Positions 1-12,152 are shown, numbered from the stretch's first letter. The stretch is 64,000 nucleotides of DNA from Vitrella brassicaformis CCMP3155 (GCA_001179505.1 CDMY01000033.1:62001-126000); one strand, 5' to 3'. Translations and numbers: made by a program. Notes: generated by a model from the letters alone, not told the origin.

Positions 1-824
1 CGTGGCGGCTCGCTGGCGTGGCGCCCATACCACCTACCGAGGTTCGATATGAGCTGCAGCAGCTCGTTGGCCCTTTTGCGTCTGTTCTTCTTCTCGACGC
101 CCATCTGTATGTCCATCACCACTCGACCCAGGAAGCGCGCAAGAGGCGATAACAGCTGGACCTGGTGGACACACAAAATGCCACACAACCAACGCACCTA
201 TGACAGACACTGTTTCGCTCTCTCGTGACGGTGTGTGCGTGCGCGTGTGTACCTGTCTTTTGCTGACGACGAGGGGCTTATTTCTGAAGTGCTTGCGGGC
301 GGCATCTGCATCATACGGCACCGACGGCTGCAGCAACGGCTCGGCCGCTGACAACCAACACACAAACGTGCAGTGCAGCAGAGTGACATTACATTTAGTC
401 TTCCTGCACTCTTCACTCCATGCCCACCTCTAGAAGTCTGCACGGCCTTCTGCAGCAGCTCCCGCGCCTTGATGAGCCTCTCGCTGGCATAGCTCGGCCG
501 CATCAGACTGGCGTCACTCGCACTCACGGGCGGGTCATCAACATCGTCTCTCACATTCCCGCTGCTCTCATATGCCGCATCCGTCTCCTCTATAGCGAAC
601 TCCACCTTCTGCGGCGGCGCCCGCGGTGCCCTCACGGCGTGCAGCACACTCACAGTCCGTGCTGATCTCTCCCTGGAGTGCACTGATGACGATGGCGCCG
701 CTGGAAGATGGGCAAAGGCCGCCGCCTGCCGGGCGGGGTAGGCGATGGGATGTGTGGATGCTGCGCCTACTGACACGGCGAGGAAGAGCAGTGCCGCTCC
801 AGAGGAGGATAAGAGAGCTCCCAT
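1..824 (-). CDS. ABC1/AarF (UbiB) atypical kinase, 5' part only, with bipartite (signal + transit) plastid-targeting leader
   Basis: Hydrophobic N-terminus LLFLAVSVGAA followed by AAAFAHLP and an S/R/A-rich stretch. Spliced exons read VPYDADAARKHFRNKPLVVSKRQ-VQLLSPLARFLGRVVMDIQMGVEKKNRRKRANELLQLISNLG, matching the N-terminal region of plastid ABC1K proteins just before the LG(P)xxIK motif. Runs off the window start. Confidence 0.72.
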
Positions 825-1112
825 GAGGATCTCTCACATCAAGACAGCTGACGCCGGAGATTTCGATGAGAAATGAACCGCTGCTCGTCGTAGAAGACTG
901 CTGCTGTGAGAGGAAGCGTTCACTGAGCTGAAATTGCTTCGCTGATCTGTGCGAGCTTTATTCCACCACTGCGAGCTTAGCGGCAAGACCCGAAGGGAAT
1001 GAAGAACAAGCGGACACCACAACAGTAATGCCGAGAAGGAGAAGGCCGGTCGTACAACAGCTCAGCATTCGTCCCGCCCCGAGCTCCACCGTCACAGCGT
1101 GAACTCGCTCTC

Positions 1113-2455
1113 ATGTCCCTGATGCGCCTCTTTTCAAGACGCGAATCGACGGCCAGCACAGCCCACACGGTCAGCCAGGCCGGCACCACTCAGTTCAGCA
1201 CCAGCCAGCTCTTCGACAAGGCCACCGGCGCGCCCACGTCACACAAAGGCCATCACCGGGAGTCCCAGCAAGCCGCCACAACACCCAACAAGGGCGCCGG
1301 TCTGCCTCCCCGGCCCGACTACGGTCGCATCATATGCGACTTACGCCAGCGACTGTCCGAGAGCCAGACAGCGTGTGAGGAGAAGGACGAGGAGGTTCGT
1401 TTGAAGGATGAGCAGCACAAGGAGCTGGGGAGGAAGGTGGAGGAGCTGGAGAGATGTGTGGGTGAGAAGCAGGAAGACGCCCGGGAGGCGAGGGAGAGGG
1501 AGGACAAGATGAGAAGCCTCTATGAGGCGGCATGCAGGAAGGCCGATGCCGACATAGAGGTAGGGACACACAGCCAGACGGCCGTCATCTGATTTATGTG
1601 TTATCATGCACCTTGTCTGTCTGTCTGCTTGTCTTCAGACGTTGACGGCCCACTTGGACCACGAGTATCCCTGGCGTGAGGCCCTCGCCCATCTGGCCAC
1701 CCTCATCCCCCCGACAGCCCAATCACGTCACGCCGGATCCGCATCGGCCTCCCCCGCCTCCCGGTCATCCGCCACACACACCAATAACTACTTCCCCTTC
1801 AGCACCCTCCCCGCATCCCTCTCACCCAAGAGCTCCAAGGCCCTCCAAAGCGAGGGCGGCGAGCCGCTCAGCCCCTCAACACGGCTGGACTTCCTCCCGC
1901 ACAACGCCTCAGGTGATGTGCGCGAGATGGCGGCCATGGTGGTCGGTGTGTTGGACGGCATGCGCGAGTACGTGCGTGAGGTGGGTATGGCCTGTGAGGG
2001 GCGGCGTGAGGAGTTCGAGCGGCTCAAGGAGGAGAACAAGGCGCTGCGGGAAGTGGTGGACGCGCCGCGGACCTGCATCCACTGCGGGGCCAAATACTCA
2101 CTGCTTAAGAACGGACCGGTGAGAGGGAGAGGGATCGGTGTGAGGGAGGGAGGGAGTGGTGGGTACATCCATCCATCCATTGATTGGGGTGTGGTGTGGT
2201 GTGTGGTTCTGTCTGTGTGTGCAGGAGGATTGTGTGTATCACCCCGGCAAGATGAAGTTCTACTCGTGCTCCAGCTGCGGAGGTAATTAAGACATAACAA
2301 GACACACAGCGCGAGCCGCAGCCATGTCGCTTGTGTGTCGTTTGTTTGTCTGTCTGTGTGTGGTGTGTTGTGGTTTAGGCGCCAAGTACTTCACGTGTTG
2401 CATGAAGTGCACAGAGTGCTCGGCGGGCTGCCGCACAGGATACCACGTCTCGTGA
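1113..2455 (+). CDS. Coiled-coil protein with C-terminal CHORD-like Cys/His zinc-binding domain
   Basis: Four GT-AG-bounded exons with E/K-rich coiled coils. The C-terminus splices to TCIHCGAKYSLLKNGP-(G)DCVYHPGKMKFYSCSSCGGAKYFTCCMKCTECSAGCRTGYHVS*, i.e. a C-x-YHPG...CC...GC-x2-G-x-H pattern. Confidence 0.6.
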
Positions 2456-3435
2456 CCGACTGCAAAGGCTGGGGCGGGGCGGGCAAGAGAGAGACCGACA
2501 GCACAAAGGGTGTTGTTGTGAGAGAGGTGGGATGGGATGGGTGGGCTGTCATGTCAGGTCGCATCGACTGCTTCCTCGCGTAGCAAACGGCTGCTGTTAT
2601 TTTTGGCCGAATGAATGGTTTGATCCATGTAGCTAGCTAGCACTGGTTGCTGTGTGCGCGTGTGTGGGTCCATGTGTGTCTGTCAGTTGTGTGTGCACTC
2701 ACCTCACTGCTGGTCCGACGCGGTTGTACCATAGCTGATAGAATAGGTTGGCTGGCGAGGGAGGGGGGGAGGGAGGGAGGGGGGTTTGACTATGAGGGGG
2801 GGAATAAGGTTGGGATCTGTTGTGTTTGCACCAGCCGTTTGGTGCCTCTGTGTGGTGTGTGTGTGAGCGATTGATTTCTGTGGGTGAGAAGAAAGGTGTC
2901 TGTCTGTGATTGCTGTGGTGTGCGTGTGTGCGTGGCTGACCTGAATTTCTCATTCATTCATGTGAATGTGCTGCCTCTCCTGCAGAATGAACCATGTCAG
3001 CTGACACAATCTGTCACAACGCCCGGCCCGGCGCATCAGATGTCTTCACTGTCGACCGTCTGCGGCTGCCCTTTTCTTCTTCATCGTCGCCATCGTCGCT
3101 GACGTCGCTGCGTGGAAAGCGTTCGCCACACACACGAACGTGGGCAGATCGCGCGGCGAAGCGTTCGTTCGTTCTTTTGTTAACCTCACGGGGACCTTGC
3201 CCACCAGCCCCGAAAGAGTCAGGAGAAGGAAGCACTGGATGCAACGCAACCCACCGCTTTCGCGAGGCCTTCGCAGAAAGTAGAAAAGTGGCTACCGCTT
3301 CATGCACATGCAGTGAGCGAGAGGTGAGCAAAGAAAAGGCAAACACAAGAGGACCATCAGGCGCCGCAAGGCCATACATGCGAACAACACGGAATACTTC
3401 CCCCAACTTCCCCTCGTGCAGAGAACCGTCAGCCC

Positions 3436-3583
3436 TTTTTCTGTACTAGTAGCTGATTCCGATGGGGCTCTGCTTGGACACGTCAAGACAAGTCAAGACG
3501 TCATCTGCCGTCCCGTTGCATGTGCTCCAGCAGATCTCGAGGTGGCTCTTCCGATCTCAAGCACGCTCCCAACCATCATTCAC
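3436..3583 (+). repeat. ~145-bp dispersed intergenic repeat, copy 1 (copy 2 at ~26455-26596)
   Basis: Near-identical sequence tagctgattccg...ggacacgtcaagacaagtcaagacgtca...gatctcaagcacgctcccaac.atcattcac at both loci, same strand, unrelated flanks. Confidence 0.9.
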
Positions 3584-4112
3584 AGAGAGACATGCACCAT
3601 TTTTGGCCGTCGATCCTGACAGTCAGTGACTCATGGGTGAATGGAATGGCTGCCAGCATCTCCTACAGAATGAACCCATGGCAGGCAATGAACCATCTGA
3701 TGCCATGCGACGCATGGGTCTGTGCCAGCGCGTCGAATTTCGCGTCTGTCGGTCGGTTGTCTGGGGCTGCTTGTTTCTTCTCCATTGTCGTCGCTGACGT
3801 CGGTGTGGTCCCATTAACAGTGATCAATCGGCCGGCCATGAATAGAATCAGCGAACGCCGCAGATCGCGAGCTCATAAACTCGCCTTTCGATGAATGGGT
3901 TGGCGTTTTGTATAGCAATTAGCACTCACTGAGTCGGCGTGAAGGCCCCGGAGGTCGGCCTCCTCGATAGCAAGCCTCGGCCGACACAGAGGCCATCGCT
4001 CATTGGATTCTGCTCGACAGATCTCGCCGGTAGGCAGCACACAGATGCCGAGAGTGATGCACACACACACACCCCTCTGTGCTCTTCTCGTCAGCCGTGT
4101 TTGAGTGCCGCC

Positions 4113-7100
4113 ATGGCAGCGGCGGCGGCTTCATCTTCATCTGCCGGTGCTGCGCATCAGGCCGAGGTGAGTCAAGGCACAGCACACACACACTCATCGT
4201 GTGCCACCGTCAATGATTCATTCATTTCTTCGTTTGCTTGTCTTCGTTTCATCAGGTGATGGGACGGTCTGCGAGTAGTCGTTACAAAGAGGGCACCCGT
4301 GTGGTGTCGCTGTCGAGCACCAGGAGGGCTCCGACCAATGACTACGTGTGGGTCACCGCCAAAGTATATCGCGTCGACCCGCATGTAGTCTACATGAAGG
4401 CGGGCACTCTGCACGAGGGGACGGCGCTTTACATGAGGGAGGTCGGCGGCTCGGAAGAGGAGTTCAAAGTGCTGAAGCCGCACCAGACCAACACAGACAC
4501 ACAAACGCACCCACAGGCACCCGTGGTAGGCAAACACACCTCAACAGAAAGGTCCCGGGCAGCACTCTGTGATGCATGTCTGTGGTGCTTTGGTGTGATG
4601 TGTGTTCAGGTGTGGGATGCTAGCAAGAAGGTACACACGGCCACACACGACACGCGAACGATGTCAGCCACTCTCATGTCTATCTCCCTTGGTCTTATCT
4701 TCGGTGCAGGCCCCTGAACGCTTTGGCGAGGACCTTCTGGCCTCGTTCTTTAGTTTCATGACCCCTCGCGAGCTGTCGGCCATCTTCCCACCCCCTCGCA
4801 GCACCGACTCCATTGGCGCAGCCACACCCGCAGCAAAACCACGGCCCAGAGCCGTCCAGCGCGTCAGTGCTGCCCGACCAAACCCCACCACCACCACCAC
4901 CACAGCCCCAGCGCCCCTCTTCGCCGGCATCTTCGCGCCTGCCCAAACACCATCCACATCACAATCGACAGCCACACCCGCCAGCTGCTTATTCGAGCTC
5001 GGCAAGGCATCCACGGGGGGAGTTGGCGATCTCTTTCATGGTGGGGCGGCAGCGTCGGGAGGTGGCTCTCTCTTCGGCGAAGTCGGGTCGACAAGCAGCG
5101 GCACTGGCAGAGGGAGTCTGTCTGGCCAGGGCGGGGCTGCCACTGGGACGGCTGGCATGTTCGGCGGCAGCATCTCTGGCGGCGCTGGTGAGTGTGTGAC
5201 GTCACGAAGCAACACACACATGGATGGATGGATCAATCTCCTGCTGGCTGCATGTGTGTGTGGATCCATCAAGTGTGGCGGCGACATCATCATTCAGTGG
5301 ACCGTCATTCTCAGCTCGGGGCAGCATGCTTGGCGGTCCGGCCTTCGGGCAGCAGCCATCCGGTGGTGCCACGCGGAGCAGCCCCTCCCTCATCCACACG
5401 GCAGCCCTTCACCAGCAGACACACGTCGCCATCGACTCTTCCACCGATATCGACCGTCACTTCTGGGACAACATGACGACTGAGAAGGCCTTCCAGCTCG
5501 GCAAACGGCTCGTCAACCTGACGGCCCTCACTCTTGTGCAGCCACGCCGCGGCCGGTCATGGTGTCTGGGCAGCATGATAAATGTCGTAGAGGGCCATGC
5601 GGCCGGGCGGCGCGAGGCGCGCGAGAAGGAGGGGCAGCGGCTCATGGCGGAGGGATCGCTGGAGACCATCGACTTCACCACCGCCCCCACTCGCACCAGC
5701 CGCAGCTCCCCGCCCTCCCTCCCTGTCACCCAGCCCCCCACCCTCCATGCCCTCAGGGCCGTCACTGGAGCCGTCCACCAGCACAGTGTGCTGGCCGACA
5801 GGGGCTGGAAGATGCCCGCACTCGAGTATGTGGACCAGGACGGGTGGGGTGCCAGCGAGCTCGGCCGCTTCGTCAGCTCGTCGCCATCGCTGAAAGAGGT
5901 TGGGGGGCGTCGGCGGTCATGGGGGCAGTGGGCGACTTTGTTTGAGCACTTCCCTGAGGCACCTGATGGGCAGCCGGGGCCGCTCAGCCACCTCCAGAGC
6001 ATCGGAGGGATCGAGCATCCGAGGAATCGACAGACATCAGAAATCACGCGACTGCAGGTAGGCAACCGTGACACAGAGGAGGCCTCATCCGCACGTGCAC
6101 ACACACGCGAATGACGCCATTCACCTTCTGTTTCTAGAACGTGCTCTCATCGCGTGGCTGCCGCAAGTCGCTCACAAGCCTCGACGTGGAACTCTCACCA
6201 TTCAGGGACCACGACGACCTGTCTGCCCTGCTGGCTGTTGACCGCTTCATCAACACCTGCTGCACCTCGCCGGACGTGCCGCTCTACGTGACGGTTTTGA
6301 GGGGCATCTTCAACTTGGCCGTCTTCTACGCCGACGCATTCCCCCGTCGCCCCTCGCCCTTCATCAAGACGGCCATCAAGGAGGCGGCACGGCAGACGAG
6401 GTACGTGTACTACAGGCTCAGCCAGCACGACGTCACCCACCCCCTTGACGACCCCAGCCCGGCGGCCACCGACATCGCATCGAGCCTCTCATTCGACGAG
6501 GCGCGGAGGGTGTCGGTCCACAATGCCAATGGCTTCGCTCCCCCTCCCGGCACCCCCCCACCCGCCCCCGCCATCATCAACGACCTGCAGCAGTTCCCGA
6601 GGGCGGGAGAGCTGTATTTCAGCAGCCGTCTGGGCGTTGCTGCGGGCCGGCTGTTGGCGCAGAGGATGCCCAGGGAGGTGGTGAGGGTCCTGTTTGATGG
6701 AGCTGTCAGTGCACAGGACAGGATCGGCGTGCTGGAGGGATTGGGGGCCTGGAGGGATGTCAACACTGTCCGTGTGGGTGAGTTAGATTGGGTCAGTCTC
6801 ACGCAGGGCGGCGCCTTTGACGGCTGGGGGTCGAATGGCCTGCCATCGATTAGCAACATAGGCATGCAGTTAGAAGGTATGCCGGGAGGGCAGTGAGTGC
6901 AGGAAGGTGGTCGTCGGGTCATCATGTGTGTGTGTCCATCCGCCTTGTCTGTGTGTCGTCATTCAGTGCCCCATGAGTTGGAGGCCTCTGCTGCCGCCAA
7001 CATCATCCGCGACGGCCTGTCATCTCTGCTCTCCGCCGGTCTCCGCGGCCTGAGGGTTGTGAAGCTGCGGCTGCTGGACGTGTATCACGACCTTGGCGAT

Positions 7101-7214
7101 GTCATTCGTCGTGAGCTGCTCCCGCACGGCACTCGAGTGGGCGGCTTCACCATCAACACACCGGATAATGATGAGGATTGGTGCATTGTGCTGGTGGCAT
7201 CTCGTGACCCCTAG
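4113..7214 (+). CDS. Lineage-expanded F-box/LRR-like family protein, paralogue A
   Basis: Multi-exon (MAAAAASSSSAGAAHQAE...APERFGEDLLASFFSFMTPRELSAIF...LHALRAVTG...RGCRKSL...). Clear paralogue of 12874-16215 at DNA and protein level. Domain label is weak inference from the F-box-like LLxxFFxFMTPxEL segment. Confidence 0.7.
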
Positions 7215-7860
7215 ACGGTGAGAGCAAAACACAGGCAGATACTCTTTAGCCCGCTGACCGGTGTAGTGTGTGTGTGTGTGTGTTTGTTTGGCCAGGCCGT
7301 CTGTCTGTCTGTCTGGCAGCATCGTACTGTAGCTGCATACACATGGGATGGATGGACGGACGGACGGAGGCATGAGTGTGAAGGTGCGTGGACTCATGTC
7401 TGCGTGCCTGTTCGTTAATACTTCTCTCCCATTGCATCCCTTCCCTCCACACACTGAGATGGATACACACTGCATTTCAACGATGGCAACGCAGCTCACA
7501 AGCCACACACGAGAGGCATCACCCTCTCTCCATCCAGGCTGCGTGAACGATTGACAAGAAGGGCCCAAATAAAGGTGTTTTCGACTAAGTGCACACGCAA
7601 GAAGGTCTTAGGGACGTGGAAGCCGGTCGGTATAAATCTGTCCTACACTGAGTGAGTACATATTCACAGAGATACATACACAACACAAACATACGTAGCA
7701 CATGGGTATACAAAGAGAGGAAGATACATAACAGGCCATCCAATTGCGCCACCGTGTCTGTCTGTCTGGCTGGCTGTCTGTCTGGCTGTCGGCCGGTTGT
7801 GTGTGACACATAGGTGGATGGGTGCACACCCTGACGGCTGGACAGAGGAAGATCGGTCAG

Positions 7861-10243
7861 TCAGTCAGTGGGCGTTCTCGTCTCCTCCTCGCTCTCCTCC
7901 TCCTCGTCGTCGTCATCATCGCCATCATCGTCATCCTCATCTGCAGACCAATGCATTCACACACACAGGTAGGCAGGCAGGCAGGCAGGGAGGGGGACAG
8001 CCGGATCCAAGGACACAAGTGAGTGTGGTGTCGGTCTGTTTGGCTGACCTTCGTCGACCTGCATCTCCTGCGACTCGAGGAATCCCTGGATGTGGGCGAG
8101 GACGAGCCCCTCGAGATGCTTGTCACGCAGGCTCAGCTCACCTGTACCCGCCACGCAGACAGACAGACAGACAGATGGGCAGACATGGATGGAAGGAATG
8201 GATTTGACTGACTGGCCGACCCTTGGCGACGATTTCGTCGAGGCAGAGGACGAGGAAGTTCTCGATGACGTTCTTCTTCCGCTGTGCGTCCAGCTTGCGC
8301 CAGGCTGTCATGTGGGCGCGGTTGCTGTTGTAGCAGAAGAAGCAGTCCCACTCCTCCTTGTCGTCGGGGTGGGGCAGCGTCAGCTCGTCGAACTCGATGT
8401 CATCTGACGATGGAGGCAGCTGTGTGTGTCTGTGTGAGTGTGTGTTGGTTGGGTGCATGTGTCTGCGCACCGCGGGTGAAGTTGCATTTCTTGAGGAACT
8501 CGTCGGTGGCCTCCCGCTCCTCAGGAGCCCTGCACGATCAACCAAAAGACACGACATCCGCCAGGCACACACCCATCATGATGTGTGTGTGCGTGGTGTC
8601 ATTGCACACACATGTATGGCAGCTGTAGACGGTCGAATATGTCCTTCTCGCTCGCACAGGCGATGTGTTCACTCGAGTATGCGCCGCCCTCATACTTGTA
8701 CAGATTCTTGTTGTTGAGGGTGTAGCCCTGCGAATGGCCGTGCGACGAGCAGACGCCGTACGCTGCTCGCACCGCCACCACCCGCCCACCTGTCGGCTGG
8801 CAAACTTTGCGATGGCCGTGTTGAAGTCGCGCGAGCCTGAACAACCCACAACACACAATCCACAACGCATCATGCACAGATAGTGTCGTGTGGTGTGTTT
8901 TGTGTGCTGACCGGTGAAGTACAGGAGGCCGCATGTCTTCTCCTTCTTCGGCTGGAACTGAGCCGCATAAGCAGACCACACACACAGGGAATGATTTGGT
9001 TCACGGCTCTTTCTGCATGGATCAGGTGTGGTTACGATGAGGTCGACGCGTCGGTTGATGTTGGTGCCGGGCAGACGGCCGATGCCAAACACGGTGTGGG
9101 GGCACTGGTACTGCCCAAGACACACCACGCACCAGCAAGCACATACAAAGCAGGGGATGTGTGTGCATGTCCGTGTGCGATGCGATGGTGTGTACCACTT
9201 CCTTGTCCACATTGCGGCCCGAGAGATCGTCGTGACCCAGGTAGTACTTCTCGGTCTGCCCGATGATGTCCACCAGGTAGCCGTCTGACTGCAAACTGCA
9301 CACAACCATTGCACACCAACCACACCACCGCCCGACTCGCCCACTTGTGGCGTCACTCACCGCTCGACGATGGGCTCGATCTCGGTCTCGAAGTAGTTGT
9401 CATGCTGATGGACACACACATCAGCGTACAAAACATGAATTTGTGTGTGTGCCAACCGTCCCTTTGCTGTGTGTGCATTTCTCACGTTGGGTACGATGAA
9501 TATGTCGACGTCGCCACAGGTGTCCTTCAGGCGGCGGTACGACCCCACACACATCACCTCCAGCTCGTTGTTCGGGAACAGCTTCTCTACCGTGCCCTTG
9601 ATGTAGTTGAAGTGCTGCAGCCACCCAGCCAGGCACACCAGACAGACAAACGGCACCCATGTGCGTGTTGGTGTGTGCGTACGGTGATGTGGTGTACCTG
9701 TTCCACCTCTGCGCGAGGGATGGGCTTCACAATGTCACCGTGGTGCTTGAGCCATACCTGCACACACACACACACACACACAGAGGCAGGACAGACAGAC
9801 AGACAGACACGTGAAAGGCACCCATGCCGATGCCACCCATGCTGCCCACATTCGGCGCATCCCCACCTTCTGGCCGGCATCGAGTAGGTGGGGATCCTCA
9901 TCGAGTGCAGCCTGGAGCTCAGCCAACGTGTTGATGCCTGCATGCAGGCATCCACCACCCACATGCGTCTGTGGCCTTTGTCCGCCTTTCTGTCTGTCTG
10001 TCTGTCTGTCTGTCTGAGTACCCTTGCAGTACAGCTGAAGAGCGAGGGGCGGGAACATCCACTTGATGTCCTTGCTGAGGATGTCAGTCGAGCTGCAGCC
10101 ACACAGACAGACAGCACACGACGAAGACAAATTTGGTTTGTGCGCCGGAGTGAACGTGTTGTGCTGCTGCATGTGAGCAGCCTGACTGTCGCTCTCCCGT
10201 ACCCGATGTCAGCGGCGCCACCAGAGGATGATGCAGCAGCCAT
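7861..10243 (-). CDS. DNA polymerase X family (Pol beta/lambda-like)
   Basis: Exons give GINTLAELQ, KPIPRAEVEQ, VGSYRRLKDTCGDVDIF (DxD), RRVDLIV (third Asp), LLYFTGSRDFN, GYTLNNKNL and SEKDIFDRLQLP, all PolX signature motifs. Followed by a C-terminal extension and an acidic tail. Confidence 0.93.
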
Positions 10244-10782
10244 TCTGACACGCCCGACGAGGGAATATGGTCAGCTGATTGCTCAGATCTGGGTGTCTGC
10301 TGAACTACTCCCGTCGGCCTCCGCTCTCCAGGGCAGGCTGAAAAGGTTTATCTCAAGAGATAGCGGTACTCATTCCGGCGCTCGCGAAAACCCCTTATGT
10401 ATGGGTTTTTTGGGGTTGCAGGGTTCCAAACCCGCAAACCCCAATTAATGGAAGAAGCGGCGGCTTTTCGCGTGCGTGCCGGTTTCGGCGGTGTGTCGCG
10501 TCCCTGAGGTGCGGCCGGATTTCAGAAAGCGCCGTGGATGAATGCCGACCCTCTCTGAAGATCTATCTGAAGAGCCCTCCCCTCTCGCCGCCTCACCTCT
10601 CGCTCTGATTTCCCTCGGCCATTGCGTGTCTGGGCGCAAGGGCTCCTAATCCCATCGCACACAAGCTCCGCCCGCTCTTGCCACCTCGTTGCAACCCTGC
10701 GCCTCCCTTCCACTGCTCGTTTCCTTGCTCTCTCGTCGATTGTCTTCCTTCGTGAGCCCTTCTCTCGCCCGCCGCCCGCACC

Positions 10783-11316
10783 ATGAAGACGTCCCCCTCA
10801 GGCTGCCTGTGCCTCGTCGGCGTGCTCCTGCTGGCCGCCACCGCCACCGCGACGCCCCGGGACAGTGAGGACAACTCCGATGTCGTCGACCTCATCACGG
10901 CGGACATCAAGCTCTCCGAGGAGTGGGAAATTGACGCAAACGTGACGGATGTTGACGACACGACGGAAGCTCCGGAATCTGGTGAGCAAACGGCCTCTTC
11001 CTCTCCCTCCATCCCTCTGAACCAATTCTGTCAATTCTGTCTGTCTATCTGCTGTGTGCGTGCCGTGGATGGCTGTGTGCGTGAAGAAGACGCTAGTGAT
11101 TCCTTCCCCTCCCCGGGGCCCCTCCGTGGTCTTCAGACCTTCTGCGGCTGGGTGATCCACCAAGCCTGGCGCAAGGCGTGCACTTCAATCAAGCTGCCCT
11201 TTCAACTCGTTTATCCCCATCAGGACCTCTTCGGGCTGCGCCCTCACGTGCATCAGCAACCACCACCTGCAGCAGCCCTGCCTCTGCCAGGGCGCAGGCA
11301 CCCCGCTGCTGCTTAA
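10783..11316 (+). CDS. Small acidic secreted protein (signal peptide), unknown function
   Basis: MKTSPSGCLCLVGVLLLAATATA signal-peptide-like start, D/E-rich segment, and a plausible 3-exon in-frame GT-AG model ending ...PLPGRRHPAAA*. Confidence 0.5.
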   Translation: MKTSPSGCLCLVGVLLLAATATATPRDSEDNSDVVDLITADIKLSEEWEIDANVTDVDDTTEAPESGEQTASSSPSIPLNQFCQFCLSICCVRAVDGCVREEDASDSFPSPGPLRGLQTFCGWVIHQAWRKACTSIKLPFQLVYPHQDLFGLRPHVHQQPPPAAALPLPGRRHPAAA

Positions 11317-11661
11317 CACACGGTGCAACCTGCCTCTCGTCACCTACCGCGACAGCTGAACGACAGACAGATGGCCAAATTGCCAAGAGTCTGTGTGTGT
11401 GAGTGTGAGTGTGTGTCTTTTGATGTGTGTGTGTGTCTTGTGTTGTGTGCTTCAACGTATGTGCTTTAGTGTGTGGTATTAAGGTGGTGCTTTATTCACA
11501 ACCACGTGCAAAGGTATGTGTGTGTGTGTAAGTGTGTGTGTGTGTGAGTCGTCTGTGTGACAGGTGTGGCTGGCTGTGTGCTGGCTGCTTTTGCGTCAGA
11601 GCTTTCCTTGAGAATAATCGTTTTTGACTGACAGGTCGCGCCTGATCTCGTCATATACATA

Positions 11662-12152
11662 CAGTCTGGACCGCGTAAGTGGGTCACCGCATAAGGCCAT
11701 TTCGACTGATGCATTCACTGCTGCAGGCGGTGGGGCGGCATGATTTATGTGATTTGTTTCCTGTAATGGGCCCATCAGACACCGTTGATGACACCAAGTG
11801 CATGTGTCGACGGCGAATCTTCTTGCAAAATCACTCAGGCTGCATCACTTTGCGTGGCGTGTGTGGAGATCAACGATGAATCAAACATTCGGAGACATCC
11901 AAGGGCTCTCGCAGCCATCCAAGGACTGATTGAATGAATAAGAGGACAGACGGTTTTTCGTCGTTTTGAGTGACTTTGCGCGAGAAAAAAAGAGTTAATG
12001 GGCTTCTGAGAGGCTCCTGTGATTCATTCACAGCGAGAAATCACTCCAAAAGTCGCTGGAAAATAAGTGGGTCAGCTCTGTACGTTCGCATAAACGGGTC
12101 AAACGCGTAAGTGGGTCAGCCCTGTACTGACCCACTTACGCGGTCCGGACTG
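11662..12152. mobile_element. 491-bp non-autonomous Tc1/mariner-type MITE
   Basis: TA|CAGTCTGGACCGCGTAAGTGGGTCA at the left and TGACCCACTTACGCGGTCCGGACTG|TA at the right: 25-bp terminal inverted repeats with one mismatch, CAGT termini and a TA target duplication. AT-richer non-coding interior. Confidence 0.9.

Noticed and set aside
3014-3406. 130-aa minus-strand ORF
   Set aside because: No motifs, splice support or clear coding bias.
5188-5314. Paralogue A as a pseudogene because the acceptor AG of paralogue B reads AA here
   Set aside because: A downstream AG at 5313-5314 is phase-compatible and restores the frame.
11290-11316. G-R-R amidation-like site at the end of the small secreted protein
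   Set aside because: A single tripeptide in an unverified exon model is too weak to support a prohormone-like claim.
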